Assembly (NCBI GenBank): GCA_965222115.1
Contig: CBDCTJ010000007.1
Span: 1,152,001-1,216,000, forward strand
From: Planctomycetota bacterium
GTDB lineage: Bacteria; Planctomycetota; PLA2; JAEUHO01
Direction of reading: 5' to 3'
Length of the DNA stretch: 64,000 nucleotides
Below, piece after piece: positions 27,956-37,508 of the stretch. The translations under genes were made by a program, and so were the position numbers. Position 1 is the stretch's first letter, and every line of letters begins with the position of its first letter. The notes under the pieces were generated by a model. That model did not search any database. It was not told the origin of the DNA and saw only the letters and a list, made by a program, of their open reading frames with translations.

Positions 27956-28663
27956 TTATGAGGTTCTTGATGCGTTCACACTGGGCACCTTGCGAGCAAG
28001 CGTCGCCTGCTGCATGAAGAGGCGGGAGAGTCCCATCCAGCGTAGCACCCGCTCAATCACACCCATTCCAGGGAGGGTGACCGGAAGCGGCATGTAGCGC
28101 TTTGCGGTCACGACCTCAAATCCCGCCTTCTCCAGGTGAGCTCGGGTCCTGGCCAGCGTCCACCGGTTGGGTAGCCATCGAGGATCGAAGTGACCCCGCC
28201 ATACCCCCAAGCGCAGCCCCATCGGTGTTGGGTCCGCGACGATGATGTGTCCGCCGGGCACAATCACGCTATGACAGGCAGCGAGTGCTGCGCGAGCGTC
28301 AGGGATGTGCTTGAGGGTCGCGACGATCGTAACCGCATCGAAGTGTTCACGCTCAAACGTCATTTCTTCCACCCGACTACACACGACGTTTAGGCCCTGT
28401 TCGCGAGCCACCTCAACGAGGTCCTCACTCGCTTCGAGCCCCGTCAGGGAAATGCCTCGGAACGCATCGCGGAAGACGTGGAGCATTGTTCCGTCGGCTG
28501 TGCCAACGTCGAGGAGACATGCGCCGAATTTTCGCGGCGGTTGCGCCGCGAACCCCTGGCGTAGATACGCGATCACCGTTTCCGCGCGGCGGCGGAATCC
28601 ATCTCGAAAGATCCGCGAGGTCTTTCGCATTTCGTGATAGCGGTCAAAGTCTTTAGCAGTCAT
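27956..28663 (-). CDS. Class I SAM-dependent methyltransferase
   Basis: LLDVGTADG motif I, FDAV...LKHIPD, VPGGHIIV. Start ATG 28663 is assumed. Confidence 0.85.
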   Translation of the reverse strand: MTAKDFDRYHEMRKTSRIFRDGFRRRAETVIAYLRQGFAAQPPRKFGACLLDVGTADGTMLHVFRDAFRGISLTGLEASEDLVEVAREQGLNVVCSRVEEMTFEREHFDAVTIVATLKHIPDARAALAACHSVIVPGGHIIVADPTPMGLRLGVWRGHFDPRWLPNRWTLARTRAHLEKAGFEVVTAKRYMPLPVTLPGMGVIERVLRWMGLSRLFMQQATLARKVPSVNASRTS

Positions 28664-28814
28664 GACCCTCCAGTCGACAAAATCCTCGCTACGCGAAAGA
28701 GCCATGTGCTCGCGAACTCGCAAGAGTGTCCCATGCGCTAGGGCAAGGTCTCTTCGAATGCCTGGGACCCCCACATCAGAGGACGATCAACAGCGGTTGT
28801 GGACTAGTACATGC

Positions 28815-30227
28815 TCACACTACGTGGGTTTTCCAGGTGCCGCGGGCGAACCAGTAGATGACGAAGGACGCGCGGACGATGGCGGTGAGGCAGATGACCC
28901 ACCAGAGGGCGGTGACGTTGCCCGGCCAGTGGGTGACGGCCCACCAGGCGAGTGGAATGCGCAAGAGTGAGAACGCGACGCGAATGACCATGGGCGGCAG
29001 CGTGAGGCCCGCCCCGCCAAATGCACCGCCGAGGGTGAGTTCGAAGGCCTGCGGGACCATGCAAAACGACACCGTGAAGATATAGGACGTGGCAAGTAGG
29101 AGCGTTTCGGCGTCGATGGTGCCGGCTTCATTGCGAGGCGCGAAAACGTTAGCGATCCACTCCGGTCGAAACACCATCACGATCGACCATATGAATGTAA
29201 CAAGTCCGCACTGCCGCGCGCAGCGCCATGCCGCAAGGTTGGCGCCCGTTACGTCGCCGGCACCCAGGTGGCGCCCCACAAGCGATGCCGCAGCTGCAGA
29301 CCAACCTATGCCCAGCACATACGCCACACCTTCGCCCGTATGACCAATTCCTAATGCCGCTTGTGCCGGTGGGCCGCCCGCGAACTCCGCCGCGTTCAAT
29401 ATGACCAGATACACGATGTTGAAGCACATTCCCGCGATGGCAGTTGGTAGGCCTACGCGTGTCATGCGACCAAGCACTGCGAGATCGAGTCCCCACGGCC
29501 CCATTCGATCCACGAACGTACCCTCGTGAAAGCGCAAGTCGTCCGTTGACGGCTTCGACCCGCGAATCCAACCGCGTCGCCAAAGTGTAGTAACAATGAG
29601 CAACGCGCCCACGACATTGGCCACAACCGTTGCCCACGCCGCGCCCGCCACACCCAGTGCAGGAATGGGTCCCGCACCGAGAATCAACAGTGGGTCAAGC
29701 ACCGCGTTGATACACAGCGATACACACGCAAAGAGAAACGGCGTCTTTGTGTCGCCCTTGCCGCGAAAGATGCCGTCGCCCGCGATGTGAAGCAGAACCA
29801 ACGTCCCGCTAGTCCAGTAGATGCGTGCATACGGAAGTCCGTGCGCGCGCACCGCGTCGGTCGCATTGGCGCCATCAAAGAACAGCGGAACCAGCCACCA
29901 GCCAATCAGCGCCGACAACACGCCCACCACAAGTGCCCAGCGGAGTCCTTGACCAGCCACATACGCAGCGGCGTCCATGCGTTTCGCGCCGTCGTAGCGT
30001 CCCACCAGCGACGTCACGCCAATCCCAATGAGAAATCCCAGCCCTGTGAAGATCCACACTGATATGGAGCTCACGGTAATGCTGGCCACCGCGTCGGTAC
30101 CCACTTCGCGAATGAAGTAACCGTCTACTGCGCGGTGTACGAGCTGCAACACCGCGCTTCCCACGGCGGGTAACGCCAAGCGAATGATGTCGCGATGGCC
30201 GGTGCGCAGCGCGGCTTGTTGCGTCAT
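28815..30227 (-). CDS. MATE family efflux transporter
   Basis: RLALP, FRGKGDTKTP, INAVLDPLLI, LGVAGAAWATV, LVGRHLGAGD; 12 TM segments. Confidence 0.92.
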   Translation of the reverse strand: MTQQAALRTGHRDIIRLALPAVGSAVLQLVHRAVDGYFIREVGTDAVASITVSSISVWIFTGLGFLIGIGVTSLVGRYDGAKRMDAAAYVAGQGLRWALVVGVLSALIGWWLVPLFFDGANATDAVRAHGLPYARIYWTSGTLVLLHIAGDGIFRGKGDTKTPFLFACVSLCINAVLDPLLILGAGPIPALGVAGAAWATVVANVVGALLIVTTLWRRGWIRGSKPSTDDLRFHEGTFVDRMGPWGLDLAVLGRMTRVGLPTAIAGMCFNIVYLVILNAAEFAGGPPAQAALGIGHTGEGVAYVLGIGWSAAAASLVGRHLGAGDVTGANLAAWRCARQCGLVTFIWSIVMVFRPEWIANVFAPRNEAGTIDAETLLLATSYIFTVSFCMVPQAFELTLGGAFGGAGLTLPPMVIRVAFSLLRIPLAWWAVTHWPGNVTALWWVICLTAIVRASFVIYWFARGTWKTHVV

Positions 30228-30239
30228 CCCGTGCTCGAT

Positions 30240-31025
30240 CTACGCGGCTGAGGCTGTGTTGCCGTCATCGCCACGTGCGAACAACGCGCCAAGCGTTGTT
30301 GTGGCGAGCAAAGCACACAGAATCGACCACCCATAGACGGGCCACGTTGTTGCCGTGCCCACCACCGGATCGGCGCCCACCAATTTGTCGTGTAGCGAAG
30401 GCGCGAGTCCGGCGGCCACCGCTGCGGCAAGGAAGAGCGCGTTCGTGATGCGCCGCGACGTTGTTTCGCGCTTCGTGGCGTCGAGCATGAGCGGCGGTAG
30501 ACCAATCCACGCACACGCCACCGCCGGCAACATGGCGCCATGCACCGCAAGCGCCACGGCGCCAATGCACGCTGCGAGTCCCCGAAGGCGTGATACCGCA
30601 TTGTCGTGGCCCGGCGTTTGGAGTTTGGCGGTGTACCACGCATCCAGCAGCGCCAAGGCACCTAACGGGGCAAAGATGGGCACCCACACCTCGCGCAACT
30701 GACCACCGGGAATCCAAGGGTGATCCGTGGCCAACAGAAACGTCATAGCCGCTGCGATCAAGAATGCGCCGAAGGCTTCGCCCACTTGTAGTGCGCGTGC
30801 ACGCCGTGCCCACCAACACGTGAGCGCCAATGCAATCAACGCCACGAGCGAGAGTGCCGCGGGTGCGCCCGTGCGCATCGCACCGGTTTGATCGACCAAC
30901 TTGTCGCCCACCATGGCTTCGACCCACTGCGGAAGTACCCAGAGGCCTGCCAACAAGACAATCAGGGCCACGCGAATGCGGCCGCGCGCGTGTTGGGCAA
31001 TCTGGGCGGGTGACTGAACGGCCAT
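30240..31025 (-). CDS. Hypothetical polytopic membrane protein
   Basis: 261-aa ORF with about 8 hydrophobic segments, ending 12 bp before the MATE start. Confidence 0.7.
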   Translation of the reverse strand: MAVQSPAQIAQHARGRIRVALIVLLAGLWVLPQWVEAMVGDKLVDQTGAMRTGAPAALSLVALIALALTCWWARRARALQVGEAFGAFLIAAAMTFLLATDHPWIPGGQLREVWVPIFAPLGALALLDAWYTAKLQTPGHDNAVSRLRGLAACIGAVALAVHGAMLPAVACAWIGLPPLMLDATKRETTSRRITNALFLAAAVAAGLAPSLHDKLVGADPVVGTATTWPVYGWSILCALLATTTLGALFARGDDGNTASAA

Positions 31026-31086
31026 CGCGCACCATGGTCACTCACGGAACAGAAAAGCAAACAACTCCCCTGCCCGCGCGGCCTGA

Positions 31087-31923
31087 TTAACCCGTGGCCC
31101 GATTAACTCGTGGCAAGGTCCCCGCGACCGGCGCGATGGGTTCGTCGCTCGATTCCTTTCGAAAGCTCGCCAGCACCATCAACAGGCTGAGCCCAAGCAC
31201 GGTCCATGAAAGTGCCGCTGTCCCGCGACCGAATGGCCCCAGGGTGTCGATTTGTGGTTGCACAATTCGAAATCCGTGGCGTAGCGCGATGACCTGAAGG
31301 ATGGCGAGCGCCAAGAGGAGCATGGCGCACGCGCGGCGCGCCCCGGCACAAGAACGAGCGAGTTGCGCACCCGATGCGCTCACCGCCAGTAAGAGAAATG
31401 GCACCAGGAACTCGCCGCCCTGCCCGCCATCTCGCACGATGAGTTGCGAGGGTGCCATGAGCACCATCAAACACAAGCACAACCGAACGCCGCGCAAGAA
31501 GTTGGGTCGCAGCGGCTCCTCTTCGGCGCCCAGATTGCGCAACGCTTCCCAGACCGACAAACTCCCCAACAACACAAGCAACGCACACGCGATCACAAGT
31601 CCCATGCTATGCATCTCGCGATCCAGCCAAATCACACCCGCGGCATAGAACGCAATGAACGCATCGATGCCGGCCAGCAGCGCGCGCAGACCTCGAAGCC
31701 GCCGCGAGAGTGCCGCCGCGGCCGGCAATAGCACCAGCAAAAGGAGCGTGGGCACCAACACGTGGGCCTGACGAAACATCGGCGTGGCGGCGTCGGTTTG
31801 GTTGCTCGGTTCTAAAAGCGTGCCACTTGGGAGCACACAGCCGACCCACAAAAACGTTCCCGCCGCGGCTAAGGCGTAGGCCAACGCGGCAAAGGTCTTG
31901 GAGGGGGCGCATCGAACATCCAC
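31087..31923 (-). CDS. Hypothetical polytopic membrane protein
   Basis: About 8 hydrophobic segments; GTG 31923 taken as the start (uncertain). Confidence 0.65.
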   Translation of the reverse strand: MDVRCAPSKTFAALAYALAAAGTFLWVGCVLPSGTLLEPSNQTDAATPMFRQAHVLVPTLLLLVLLPAAAALSRRLRGLRALLAGIDAFIAFYAAGVIWLDREMHSMGLVIACALLVLLGSLSVWEALRNLGAEEEPLRPNFLRGVRLCLCLMVLMAPSQLIVRDGGQGGEFLVPFLLLAVSASGAQLARSCAGARRACAMLLLALAILQVIALRHGFRIVQPQIDTLGPFGRGTAALSWTVLGLSLLMVLASFRKESSDEPIAPVAGTLPRVNRATG

Positions 31924-32072
31924 GGATCTCAGCGTATCTCCAACTGAACCACGCCGTAGCAAACGGAACTCAAACGAGACGACGAAATCGGCGTGCCCGT
32001 TCCTGCGCGGCCCGCGATGTCGCGTATTGTGCGTGCCACGCAACGTGGGGTTGCGCATTTGGACCTGCCGCC

Positions 32073-32402
32073 ATGATGTATCGAGTCAACGTCGGTCAAG
32101 ACGAGTACATCGGGTCCGCCGAGGAAGTTGTTGAGTTTCTTCGACGCACCGAGGGCGCGCCACCTAGCGCCAACGCACACGAATACATGCTGGCGGTCGC
32201 AAAGCGTCTCCAAACGGCCATGGATGTTGGGGGTGTCGATACTGAATCGCCCGAGGCGTTTCTCGATTCCCTGGCGTCGCGAGGCGTCTTGCGCGTTTCT
32301 GTAGGACCCGAGCCGTCCACGGAACGTGTGACCGTGGATGAAGCCCTTGGCGATGGTCCTATTGCCTTCGGCCCCGGCGTGGATCCTGACGAGATTCCGT
32401 AA
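32073..32402 (+). CDS. Small acidic hypothetical protein
   Basis: MMYRVNVGQDEYIGSAEEVVEFLRR...GVDPDEIP; natural composition, 19 bp before the CPBP gene. Confidence 0.6.
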   Translation: MMYRVNVGQDEYIGSAEEVVEFLRRTEGAPPSANAHEYMLAVAKRLQTAMDVGGVDTESPEAFLDSLASRGVLRVSVGPEPSTERVTVDEALGDGPIAFGPGVDPDEIP

Positions 32403-32421
32403 GTGCGATTAGGCTTCGCCC

Positions 32422-33396
32422 GTGGAGCCGAACCGAATCCAGCATTCGCAGTCATTTCAACCCGCGAAACGGCCGCGCGCGTGGCCACGCGTCGTGTTGG
32501 TACTCGTCGCGATGGCGGGCGCGATTGTTGGCGCTGCCTATCTCGCGGCCCCGGTCAATGAGTGGTTGCAAGTAAATGAATGGCGATCACCTTCGCCCGG
32601 TGAGGAAACGCGCGAGTTCCTAAAAGTCTTCCGTCGCTTGCTACTCATTCCACTAATCGCGATTTTGGTCCTCGCGTGCCGTCCGTGGCGTGACGGCGAT
32701 CTTGCAAGCTATGGACTTTGTCCAACATTGCCGCGGATTCGACAGCTCGGCGTGGGCTACGGTTCTACACTGCTCACCGCGATTCTCACCGTGCTCGTGC
32801 TCATGGCACTTGGCGTCCTGCGCCTTGAAGATCCACCTCGGATCGGCACGTTCGCGTCACGCAGTATCAAGTATGTGCTCACGGGACTATTGGTAGCGGT
32901 TCTTGAAGAGACGTTCTTTCGCGGATGGCTTCATCGGAGACTGTCGAAGCACATGAACACGGTGCGTGCGGCGGCACTGGGCGCTGCCATCTACGCCGCC
33001 GTCCATGCGTTTCGCCCCGGCAAGCTCAACCAAGACGTCACGCTCGATGCGAGCGGCGCGCTATCGGCGTTTCAATCTTGGGTTACGCGTCTTGGCGATC
33101 TGCAGAACTTTGGCCCAACGTTGCTAGGGCTGTTTCTGTTCGGACTGCTGCTTATCGCGCTCTGCAAGCGGACCGGATCGCTTTGGACATCGATTGGCGT
33201 CCACGCCGCGGGCATTTACGCCATGAATGTGCACGGGAGCCTCACTGAACGGGTGGTCCGAGAACCGTGGGCGGGCAGCAAGAAGCTGTTCAATGGCGTC
33301 CCCGGTATGGTCCTGCTCTTGTTGGCACTTTGGTGGGTGACCAGAAATGAGGGTGATCGCGAGACTGCCCGTGACGCGGCGGGTAGACTCACTTAA
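32422..33396 (+). CDS. CPBP (Abi/CAAX) intramembrane glutamic endopeptidase
   Basis: VAVLEETFFRG, IYAAVH, TGSLWTSIGVHAAG. Confidence 0.9.
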   Translation: MEPNRIQHSQSFQPAKRPRAWPRVVLVLVAMAGAIVGAAYLAAPVNEWLQVNEWRSPSPGEETREFLKVFRRLLLIPLIAILVLACRPWRDGDLASYGLCPTLPRIRQLGVGYGSTLLTAILTVLVLMALGVLRLEDPPRIGTFASRSIKYVLTGLLVAVLEETFFRGWLHRRLSKHMNTVRAAALGAAIYAAVHAFRPGKLNQDVTLDASGALSAFQSWVTRLGDLQNFGPTLLGLFLFGLLLIALCKRTGSLWTSIGVHAAGIYAMNVHGSLTERVVREPWAGSKKLFNGVPGMVLLLLALWWVTRNEGDRETARDAAGRLT

Positions 33397-35669
33397 TGCA
33401 TCGCGCGCTCGCCCTCATTGTGGTTCTCGCTTTGGCCGCGGTCGCTTGGTTCCTCGTCGATAGCGGTATGCTCGGCGATCTGGTTGGCAGCAACACGGAT
33501 CATGTAACCCATACCGTGAGTGCTGATTTCCTCACCGGTGAAAACGATGGCGACGCTGACAAGCCGGGGGTCATGTTGCAGGGATTCGGGCCGGCCGTAT
33601 CCACAAGCGAGAAGGACGCCAAACTCAGCAGCCTTGAGGCACTTCTCAATGCAGGCGAATCGTTTGCCAAAGGCGCAACCGGCGCCAAGGTTCCGTTTCG
33701 CGCGTACGTCGTCGATGTTGATGGCGATCCCGTGGCCGAAGTTGACATCACCATTGACGGCACCGAACACAAGTCGCGCACGGTTACGAAGTCCGATGAG
33801 CAGGGTGCGTTTGAGGTTGAGCTTCCCGCCGGTCGTTACGACCTCCTATTTGAATCCGAGTCGGCGGGTGCGCTTGCGGTTCGCAACTACATCGTTGATG
33901 GCGCCAAGGATCAAACCAAAGAGTTTACCCTTCGAGATCGTGCCACGGTGCGTGTGTTTGCGAAGCAAGGCGGGAAGCCTCTGTCGGGCGCAAGAGTCAT
34001 GGTGCAACGGTATCGACCCAAACGCATCGCAGCGGTAAAGAACGCCGTGTCACGCCCGACAGTGATAAACGGTGCCGGATCCGGAGTTGAACCGGAGTTT
34101 CCCATAGGCTCGCCGGCTGCTAGATTTACGGACGCGTCGGGTAAAGTGACATACGAAGGTCTTCCCATTGACCGGTACGAGATATCGATTTCGACGTCAC
34201 CAAGCGCAGGCGACGAGGATCCCGGCGGGCCAACTCAGTCCGTCACCCGCTGGATCAAGGGCACGGTGGACATTTACCTCAATGTTCCCAAGTCGGCCAA
34301 GCTCAAGGGGAGCGTACGGGCCAGCAAAGAAGGGCCGCGGATTCCGGCAACGCTGCTTCTAAAGACCAAGGCTCGCGGCACATCCGGTGTGCTGGCTTCG
34401 ACGTTTTCAATTGAGCCCAACAGCGATTTTGAGATTGATGTCCCCTCTGGAAAGGTTGAATCGATATCGGTGGTTGCCGATGGGTACGCCTCGTGGCCCG
34501 AGCCGCATAAGCGAAAGAGTATCTATCGCAAACTGTATGCACTTCGTCGCGGCAAACCCGCTCGACTCGACGTGATTTTGAGCAAGGGACGCGCGATCAC
34601 CGGCAAGGTGCTCACGCAAGAAGGCGATCCTGTTTCGGGCGTCACGCTGCGATTCAAGGGCCGGTACGCCGAGATGGCCGTAGAGGCAACGAGCGACAAA
34701 GAAGGTCTCTACTCGGTGGGCGAACTCACGGCCGATCGCTATGAAATGAGCATCGTAAATCGCGGTGTATATCCAATCGCAGATCAACGCTCCGTAGTCA
34801 AGCTACCGCGAGGTCAAGACAAGCCATTTGAATTCGATGTGAAGGTGGCACCGGCGCGCACGTTGCGTGGACGCGTACTCGATGCCGATGGTGAGCCACA
34901 GCCCGCCGCGCGTGTATGGATTGTGGGCGGTGGTCGCAGTGTTCGCAACGCCAGGAACATTGGTCGCGATCTTGAAACGTTTACCGATGCCAAGGGTCGC
35001 TTCGCGCTGGCCGAACTGCATCCGGAGCGCAGCGTGTTCTTGCGCGCTGCCGTAGGCGAACTTCAAGCCACGCCCATTTCGATTCCCGCACGTCGCGCTG
35101 CCCCCGATCCCTTGCAGTTGGTGTTGGAGCCTGCTGAGACCATTCACGGCGTTGTGACCGATGGGCATGGCCACCGCGTACCCGGCGTGCGCATCCGTTT
35201 TCGACCGATGACGGGCGATGGCCGCACGGGCAAGGCCGCCTACACCAATACAAAAGGCGAGTTTACGACCAGGAATTTCATTCCCGGCGATTGGCGCGCC
35301 GAAGTCTCCAAGCGCCGTTACTTGAAGACACCTCACAAAGTATTTCGCGTTCACTCTGGTGGCGGCGACACACGGTTGGATCTCGAAATCAATCCCGGCA
35401 TGATTTTCTCGGGGCGCGTGAGGGACATTCACTCCTCCATGCTTCAAGGCGTTCGCGTCTCGGCACGCATGATGAAGAAGAACGGACGCCCGGGTCGCTC
35501 GATGGCGTCGGGGACTACCGACAACTTCGGCAACTTTCGCTTAACCGGCATCAAACCCACGGGTGCGCAGTTCATGCTCGTCTTCTACAAGCGCGGCTAC
35601 AAGACCGTGCGCCTCAAGAATCAACGCGGGCCCCAAGATCGTATCGATGTAGGTATGCAGCGAAACTAG
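33396..35669 (+). CDS. Membrane-anchored protein with multiple carboxypeptidase-regulatory-like (transthyretin-fold) domains
   Basis: N-terminal TM and repeated G.V.D..G.P..G..V...T...G.F....L..G.Y units; TAATG coupling to the CPBP gene. Confidence 0.8.
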   Translation: MHRALALIVVLALAAVAWFLVDSGMLGDLVGSNTDHVTHTVSADFLTGENDGDADKPGVMLQGFGPAVSTSEKDAKLSSLEALLNAGESFAKGATGAKVPFRAYVVDVDGDPVAEVDITIDGTEHKSRTVTKSDEQGAFEVELPAGRYDLLFESESAGALAVRNYIVDGAKDQTKEFTLRDRATVRVFAKQGGKPLSGARVMVQRYRPKRIAAVKNAVSRPTVINGAGSGVEPEFPIGSPAARFTDASGKVTYEGLPIDRYEISISTSPSAGDEDPGGPTQSVTRWIKGTVDIYLNVPKSAKLKGSVRASKEGPRIPATLLLKTKARGTSGVLASTFSIEPNSDFEIDVPSGKVESISVVADGYASWPEPHKRKSIYRKLYALRRGKPARLDVILSKGRAITGKVLTQEGDPVSGVTLRFKGRYAEMAVEATSDKEGLYSVGELTADRYEMSIVNRGVYPIADQRSVVKLPRGQDKPFEFDVKVAPARTLRGRVLDADGEPQPAARVWIVGGGRSVRNARNIGRDLETFTDAKGRFALAELHPERSVFLRAAVGELQATPISIPARRAAPDPLQLVLEPAETIHGVVTDGHGHRVPGVRIRFRPMTGDGRTGKAAYTNTKGEFTTRNFIPGDWRAEVSKRRYLKTPHKVFRVHSGGGDTRLDLEINPGMIFSGRVRDIHSSMLQGVRVSARMMKKNGRPGRSMASGTTDNFGNFRLTGIKPTGAQFMLVFYKRGYKTVRLKNQRGPQDRIDVGMQRN

Positions 35670-35671
35670 GC

Positions 35672-37387
35672 ATGGCGCGCTTCGTCGTCATCCCTGGATT
35701 CCTTGCGTTGGCCTTACTGATGTGGTCGTTGTTGAATCAGGATTCAGCGCAAGACCTCTCCAATGCTAGTGAAACGCTAGAGGAGGCGAATGCTGAGGCA
35801 AATTCAGTACGGCTGAAGGGCCGCCGAAAACGGGAGGCGGACGCCCGACCCATGACTGCAAATCAAGTCGCCGAAACAGTGCCGCCAATTAATGCGGGAG
35901 ATTTGCCATTGACCGGCGCCACTGTGCCGTTTCACGCGCGCGTTGTCGATGAGCGTGGCACTCCTGTTGATGACTGCGAAGTGGAGGCATGGTCAGCATG
36001 CAGATTCAACTGGGTAACACCAGGTGAGTCAATGCGCGCCAATTCGAAGGGAAACGTGGAGGGGGACTTAGAATCCGGTCGCTACGACCTTTGGTTCCGC
36101 TCGCCAACGCTCGGGACGCTATTCGTGCAAGATTACGTTCACGATGGCGCGCAAGAAAATGTTCTAGACGTTCGCCTAATAGACCGTCTAGGTATTCGCG
36201 TGCTGGTGAAGGAATCGGGGACACCTTCGCCTGGCATCACTGTCCATGTGGCGCGACTTCGTGGCGATGATGACCCTAGAAGAATCGTGTACAACCATGT
36301 CACCAGATCGGTGATGAACCTCGACGACCCCGACTTCTTCTTTGGACCAAGTAGATTAAACGAACATGGGGAAACGGACGCCAATGGAATAGCGACCTTC
36401 CATCGAATTCCCAAGGGCACATATCGAGTAACGGTGTTTTCAAAATCTGCAGGGTTGTTCGTAGATGATCCTCCCTCGTGTGTCGCCTATCGCCGGCTCA
36501 CGGACCAACCTGTCGAATTGAGCATGTCTCTACCACGCTTTTCAAAAGTACGCGGATGCGTACGTGCGATTGAAGAGGTCCCCTACGCAACCGCAAACCT
36601 AGTCGTTCAGACTCGCGTCGAAGAAGACGACTCATTGTGGAGTGCATCTCAGTTGGTGGCCATCGGCGACGATTTCGAAATGAGCGTACCTGTCGGCCGC
36701 GTGGCGTCCGTTCGGGTGAACGCCGAGGGCTTTGCGGCGTGGCCCGCGCCAGAGTGGCGCGGTCTGATTAAGAGCAAGCTTTCGAGTATGCTTCGTGGCG
36801 AAGACAGGCGCCTGGACGTGGACCTGAGCAAGGGGCACAAGCTCGTGGGAACCGCGCTAACGTCCATTGGCGACCCCGTTCCGGCGGTTTACTTGCGGTT
36901 GACGGGGCACGAATCGGGCGAAGTTGCCACGACGTCCACCGACGCAGATGGTGTATTTAGAGTCGAGGGTCTGAATCCAGATCGCTACAGCATTCGCATT
37001 ACTACGCCTCGCATATTGCCTCTCCAGGATCAACAAGCGTTTGTGACGGTTCCCTCCGGCGCGGGCGAACCCACCGAGTTCAACATCCGCGTCGCGCGTG
37101 CAACGACACTCCAAGGCATCGTTGTGAATTCCGATGGCACACCCCAACCCGCCGCGCGGGTGTGGATCGTCGCTCGCGAGGCCTACCTGCGCGAGTTGAA
37201 GAAATCACGAAACCGCCGACTCGAAGCATTCACGGATGCAAGCGGTCACTTCGCCTTCGACGAGATTCATCCGCAGCGCGACATGCTGCTTTGCGCCGAA
37301 ATCGGCAATCGTCGATCAGCCCAGGTCCCCATCAAAGCCGGACGAGCAAAGGACAAGCTCCTACGCATCGAGCTTCCCTCAAAGTAG
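35672..37387 (+). CDS. Shorter paralog of the preceding carboxypeptidase-regulatory-like domain protein
   Basis: Shares GAxVPFxAxVVD, GRYDLxF, RLDVxLSKG, PQPAARVWIV and FTDAxGxFAxxExHPxR with 33396-35669; lacks its last two domains. Confidence 0.8.
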   Translation: MARFVVIPGFLALALLMWSLLNQDSAQDLSNASETLEEANAEANSVRLKGRRKREADARPMTANQVAETVPPINAGDLPLTGATVPFHARVVDERGTPVDDCEVEAWSACRFNWVTPGESMRANSKGNVEGDLESGRYDLWFRSPTLGTLFVQDYVHDGAQENVLDVRLIDRLGIRVLVKESGTPSPGITVHVARLRGDDDPRRIVYNHVTRSVMNLDDPDFFFGPSRLNEHGETDANGIATFHRIPKGTYRVTVFSKSAGLFVDDPPSCVAYRRLTDQPVELSMSLPRFSKVRGCVRAIEEVPYATANLVVQTRVEEDDSLWSASQLVAIGDDFEMSVPVGRVASVRVNAEGFAAWPAPEWRGLIKSKLSSMLRGEDRRLDVDLSKGHKLVGTALTSIGDPVPAVYLRLTGHESGEVATTSTDADGVFRVEGLNPDRYSIRITTPRILPLQDQQAFVTVPSGAGEPTEFNIRVARATTLQGIVVNSDGTPQPAARVWIVAREAYLRELKKSRNRRLEAFTDASGHFAFDEIHPQRDMLLCAEIGNRRSAQVPIKAGRAKDKLLRIELPSK

Positions 37388-37397
37388 TCCCGAACCC

Positions 37398-37508
37398 CGC
37401 AAAAAGGTGCCGCACAAAAAGTGCCGGGAGCGAACTGTGAAATACACAAAAAGTGCCGGGAGCGAATTGTGGAACTCACGAAGAGTACCGGGAGCGAATT
37501 CGTGGGTT
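37398..37508. repeat. Intergenic tandem repeat, 32-bp unit x3 plus a partial copy
   Basis: Units start at 37413, 37445 and 37477 (CACAAAAAGTGCCGGGAGCGAAcTGTG... / CACAAAAAGTGCCGGGAGCGAAtTGTG... / CACGAAGAGTACCGGGAGCGAATTcGTG...), preceded by CGCAAAAAGGTGCCG. Confidence 0.85.

Noticed and set aside
27635-27961. Small ORFs across the MITE as a transposase
   Set aside because: Short, cross the element boundary, and show no DDE or HUH motifs.
37398-37508. CRISPR array
   Set aside because: The variable part between repeats is only about 5 bp, there are only three units, and no cas genes are present.
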